Under the pieces are notes generated by a model that was not told the DNA's origin, made no database searches, and worked only from the letters and a program-made list of their open reading frames with translations. The position numbers and the translations under genes are program-made. Positions 15,133 through 17,155 of a DNA stretch of 17,155 nt are shown here, piece by piece (within the stretch, counting starts at the first letter, position 1; every line of letters starts with the position of its first letter). Origin of the DNA: Promethearchaeota archaeon (GTDB lineage Archaea > Asgardarchaeota > Thorarchaeia > Thorarchaeales > Thorarchaeaceae); assembly GCA_027031765.1 (NCBI GenBank), contig JALVPN010000055.1, positions 1 through 17,155 of the forward strand. The letters are read 5' to 3'.

Positions 15133-15927
15133 CTACTGGTGGATAGCCTTGGCATCGTACTGACCCACAGGGTCGTCGTGAGTTGGTAGGTACCTGTACC
15201 AGTACTCGTACTCGGGTACAAAGCCCAGTCTGTGGTAGAGTGCCCGTGCCGGGCTATTGTTCACTTCTACTTGGAGATACGCACCCTGAGCGCCATGCCG
15301 TCTCGCCCACTGTGCAATCCCATGGCTGAGCGCCGTGGCCAGTCCACGCCTCCTGAACTCCTTCCGGGTCACCACCCCAAATATACCGGCCCATCCGTCC
15401 TGCACAACACCGATGCCCACTGAAGCCACCTCGCCGTCGCACCTGACACTTGCAAAGACATGTGGTGTCGGGATGCGTGCCATGATCTCGCGTCGTACGC
15501 GCAGGGAGAACTCGTCGTAGCCGCCACCGAGCCGGTACGCTTCGACCCACTGGTCAAGTGGTGTGTCGTCAGTACTAACAGGGAACTCGGGCTCCTGTGC
15601 AAGTCTGTCCATCGGGGCCGTTTCAACGGCCACCCGGAGCCCGATGTGGAACCCATGTTGCTCAAGGACGGTGTCAAGGCCCTGCGGACGGCTGGCATGT
15701 GTCATCTGGAACCTAGGTGCGAGTCGGCGTGATGTGTAGAACTCTATCACATGCTGGACTGCGTCGTCCACGTCTATCCCGGGGTCGTCACATGGGAGGA
15801 CACTGTTGGCCCTCCGTGTCACGCCATCAGTTGCACGTAGGAGCCAGCCACCGAGGCGTTCCACCTCTCCTGCCGGCCACGACCTCGCGGCAATCCTCTC
15901 AAGCATGGTCGTCCTGTCAGCACCCAT
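15133..15927 (-). CDS. GNAT-family N-acetyltransferase (N-terminal GNAT-like region plus C-terminal catalytic GNAT)
   Basis: SWPA...LGGWLLRA..G.TRRANSV N-terminal motif, acetyl-CoA motif A VVTRKEFRRRGLATAL, and LQVEVNNSPARALYHRLGF. ATG 15927 has GAAGGGGG upstream. Confidence 0.9.
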   Translation of the reverse strand: MGADRTTMLERIAARSWPAGEVERLGGWLLRATDGVTRRANSVLPCDDPGIDVDDAVQHVIEFYTSRRLAPRFQMTHASRPQGLDTVLEQHGFHIGLRVAVETAPMDRLAQEPEFPVSTDDTPLDQWVEAYRLGGGYDEFSLRVRREIMARIPTPHVFASVRCDGEVASVGIGVVQDGWAGIFGVVTRKEFRRRGLATALSHGIAQWARRHGAQGAYLQVEVNNSPARALYHRLGFVPEYEYWYRYLPTHDDPVGQYDAKAIHQ

Positions 15928-16052
15928 GTCTGCCCCCTTCACACAGGCCCCTACTCAAAAAGCTTCTGAAGGCAAAACAAGCACATATTTCAGGCCGCCA
16001 CATGACTTGCAGGTGTGTACCTGTATCAGTCACAGATGCGGGGTGATAAGGT

Positions 16053-16772
16053 CTGGACGGTACTCCTGACGACCTGGTCCGTGACTATGCACCAGTGCTC
16101 CATTTCCATCCTGACGAGGGGGCCTTCTGTTGCTACCCGTCCGATGCAGAGGCCGTGTACGCGCAGTATGCTGCTGACTGGTCACAGTTCGGTGAAGAGT
16201 TGGAGCCAAAGGAGCTAGACCCGGGTGCACCCTGTTACTACGAGTACTGGGCTGATGAGGACGTGGTGCAGCTGAGGTACTGGTTCTGGTACAAGTACAA
16301 CCGCTTTCCCGGCTCGCGCTTCGGCATCGGCAACCACATTGGCGACTGGGAACATGTGGAAGTACGAGTCTACCCTGACCTTGGGGTCGTCTGGCTCGTG
16401 TCGAACCACCTGTCTGCACGTGTCACCGCTAGGCCACCGCACCTGCGCCTGGGGGCCTTCGAGACGGAGCCGCTCACTGCCGATGGTGACCATGTGCACG
16501 TGTGGGTCGCCCTCGGTTCTCATGCCAACTACCCGTCCCCAGACAGTCGGCCCTACTGTTTTGCGCGCGTGTTCTGTGACAGGATTGCCGATGGTGGTGC
16601 GGTCTGGGACACATCTGAGAACCTGCGCCCGCTGGCCGAGACCAACTTTGCCTCGTTCACTGGTCGCTGGGGCAATGACAAGTCACCACGGAGTCCGACG
16701 AACCCCTACAACAACCGCTGGCGGAATGCACCACGACTGCGCCCGACCATCGCCATCAACGGTGCACCCTAG
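16053..16772 (+). CDS. Vps62-family protein (inferred CTG start at 16053; first canonical start is GTG 16095)
   Basis: YAPVLHFHPDE, QLRYWFWYKYN, GNHIGDWEHVEV, VALGSHANYP and FTGRWG match the Vps62 motif series recalled from eukaryotic members. Confidence 0.78.
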   Translation: MDGTPDDLVRDYAPVLHFHPDEGAFCCYPSDAEAVYAQYAADWSQFGEELEPKELDPGAPCYYEYWADEDVVQLRYWFWYKYNRFPGSRFGIGNHIGDWEHVEVRVYPDLGVVWLVSNHLSARVTARPPHLRLGAFETEPLTADGDHVHVWVALGSHANYPSPDSRPYCFARVFCDRIADGGAVWDTSENLRPLAETNFASFTGRWGNDKSPRSPTNPYNNRWRNAPRLRPTIAINGAP

Positions 16773-16783
16773 GGCGAGACGTC

Positions 16784-17155
16784 TCACTGGCTGGTCCTGC
16801 GTACTGCGGTGTAGCCCTTCTTCATTACGGTGTCCACTGCCTCGTCGAGCTGGTACGGGTAGTCACGGTTGTAGTGTGTCCCCCGGCTCTCCTTCCGCAT
16901 GCGTGCCATCTTGACAATCAGCTCTGCCACCCTTGCAATGTTCCTTAGCTCCACGAGGTCAGGTGTCAAGTGGAAGTCCCAGTAGTATGTGTTTATCTCA
17001 CGCAGCAGGAACTCAAGCCTGTTGCGTGCCCTCAGCAGCCGCTTGTTCGAACGCACAATCCCCACGTAGTTGAACATCAGGCGTCTGACCTCGTCCCACA
17101 GGTGCGACACAACGACGAGTTCGTCCGGGTCTGTGGCATACCCCGGGTCCCATGG
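16784..17155 (-). CDS. nadB: L-aspartate oxidase, C-terminal part (5'-truncated by the window edge)
   Basis: Frame open to the window end: PWDPGYATDPDELVVVSHLWDEVRRLMFNYVGIVRS...ELRNIARVAELIV...RKESRGTHYNRDYP, the NadB C-terminal helical domain. Confidence 0.9.
   Translation of the reverse strand, partial: PWDPGYATDPDELVVVSHLWDEVRRLMFNYVGIVRSNKRLLRARNRLEFLLREINTYYWDFHLTPDLVELRNIARVAELIVKMARMRKESRGTHYNRDYPYQLDEAVDTVMKKGYTAVRRTSQ

Noticed and set aside
15133-15927. GNAT as a dedicated actin or gelsolin acetyltransferase
   Set aside because: Its N-terminal motif matches a widespread prokaryotic GNAT type, and it is convergent rather than co-transcribed; there is no evidence for such a substrate.
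1-17155. tRNA, rRNA, CRISPR arrays, transposases or integrases
   Set aside because: No cloverleaf or T-loop motifs, spaced direct repeats, terminal inverted repeats or recombinase ORFs were seen.

Overview
GC-rich archaeal window (about 60% GC by eye), most likely from an Asgard archaeon such as Thorarchaeota. That assignment is inferred from eukaryotic-signature genes, TATA-type promoters and SD motifs; no rRNA marker is present. Housekeeping content: the 3' part of iorA plus iorB, a NitT/TauT-type ABC importer split across converging strands, a complete porG-porD-porA-porB operon, a glycerophosphodiester phosphodiesterase, a stand-alone Lrp/AsnC ligand-binding domain, a GNAT acetyltransferase, a membrane-anchored beta-helix surface protein and the 3' part of nadB. 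The standout is an 806-aa protein with no signal peptide (1271-3691, minus). It fuses a 7-repeat FG-GAP-like beta-propeller (ITFG2/BBS2-like pattern), an Ig/appendage-like beta-sandwich, a ~180-aa disordered linker and an intact Rab-like GTPase, so it looks like a coat or adaptor scaffold carrying its own GTPase switch. The window also holds a gelsolin-domain protein with an unknown C-terminal domain, a Vps62-family protein that appears to need a CTG start, a divergent Alba-fold protein and a 44-aa four-cysteine mini-protein followed by a long hairpin. No tRNA, rRNA, CRISPR array or mobile element was seen. All family assignments come from motif recognition by eye, without database searches.
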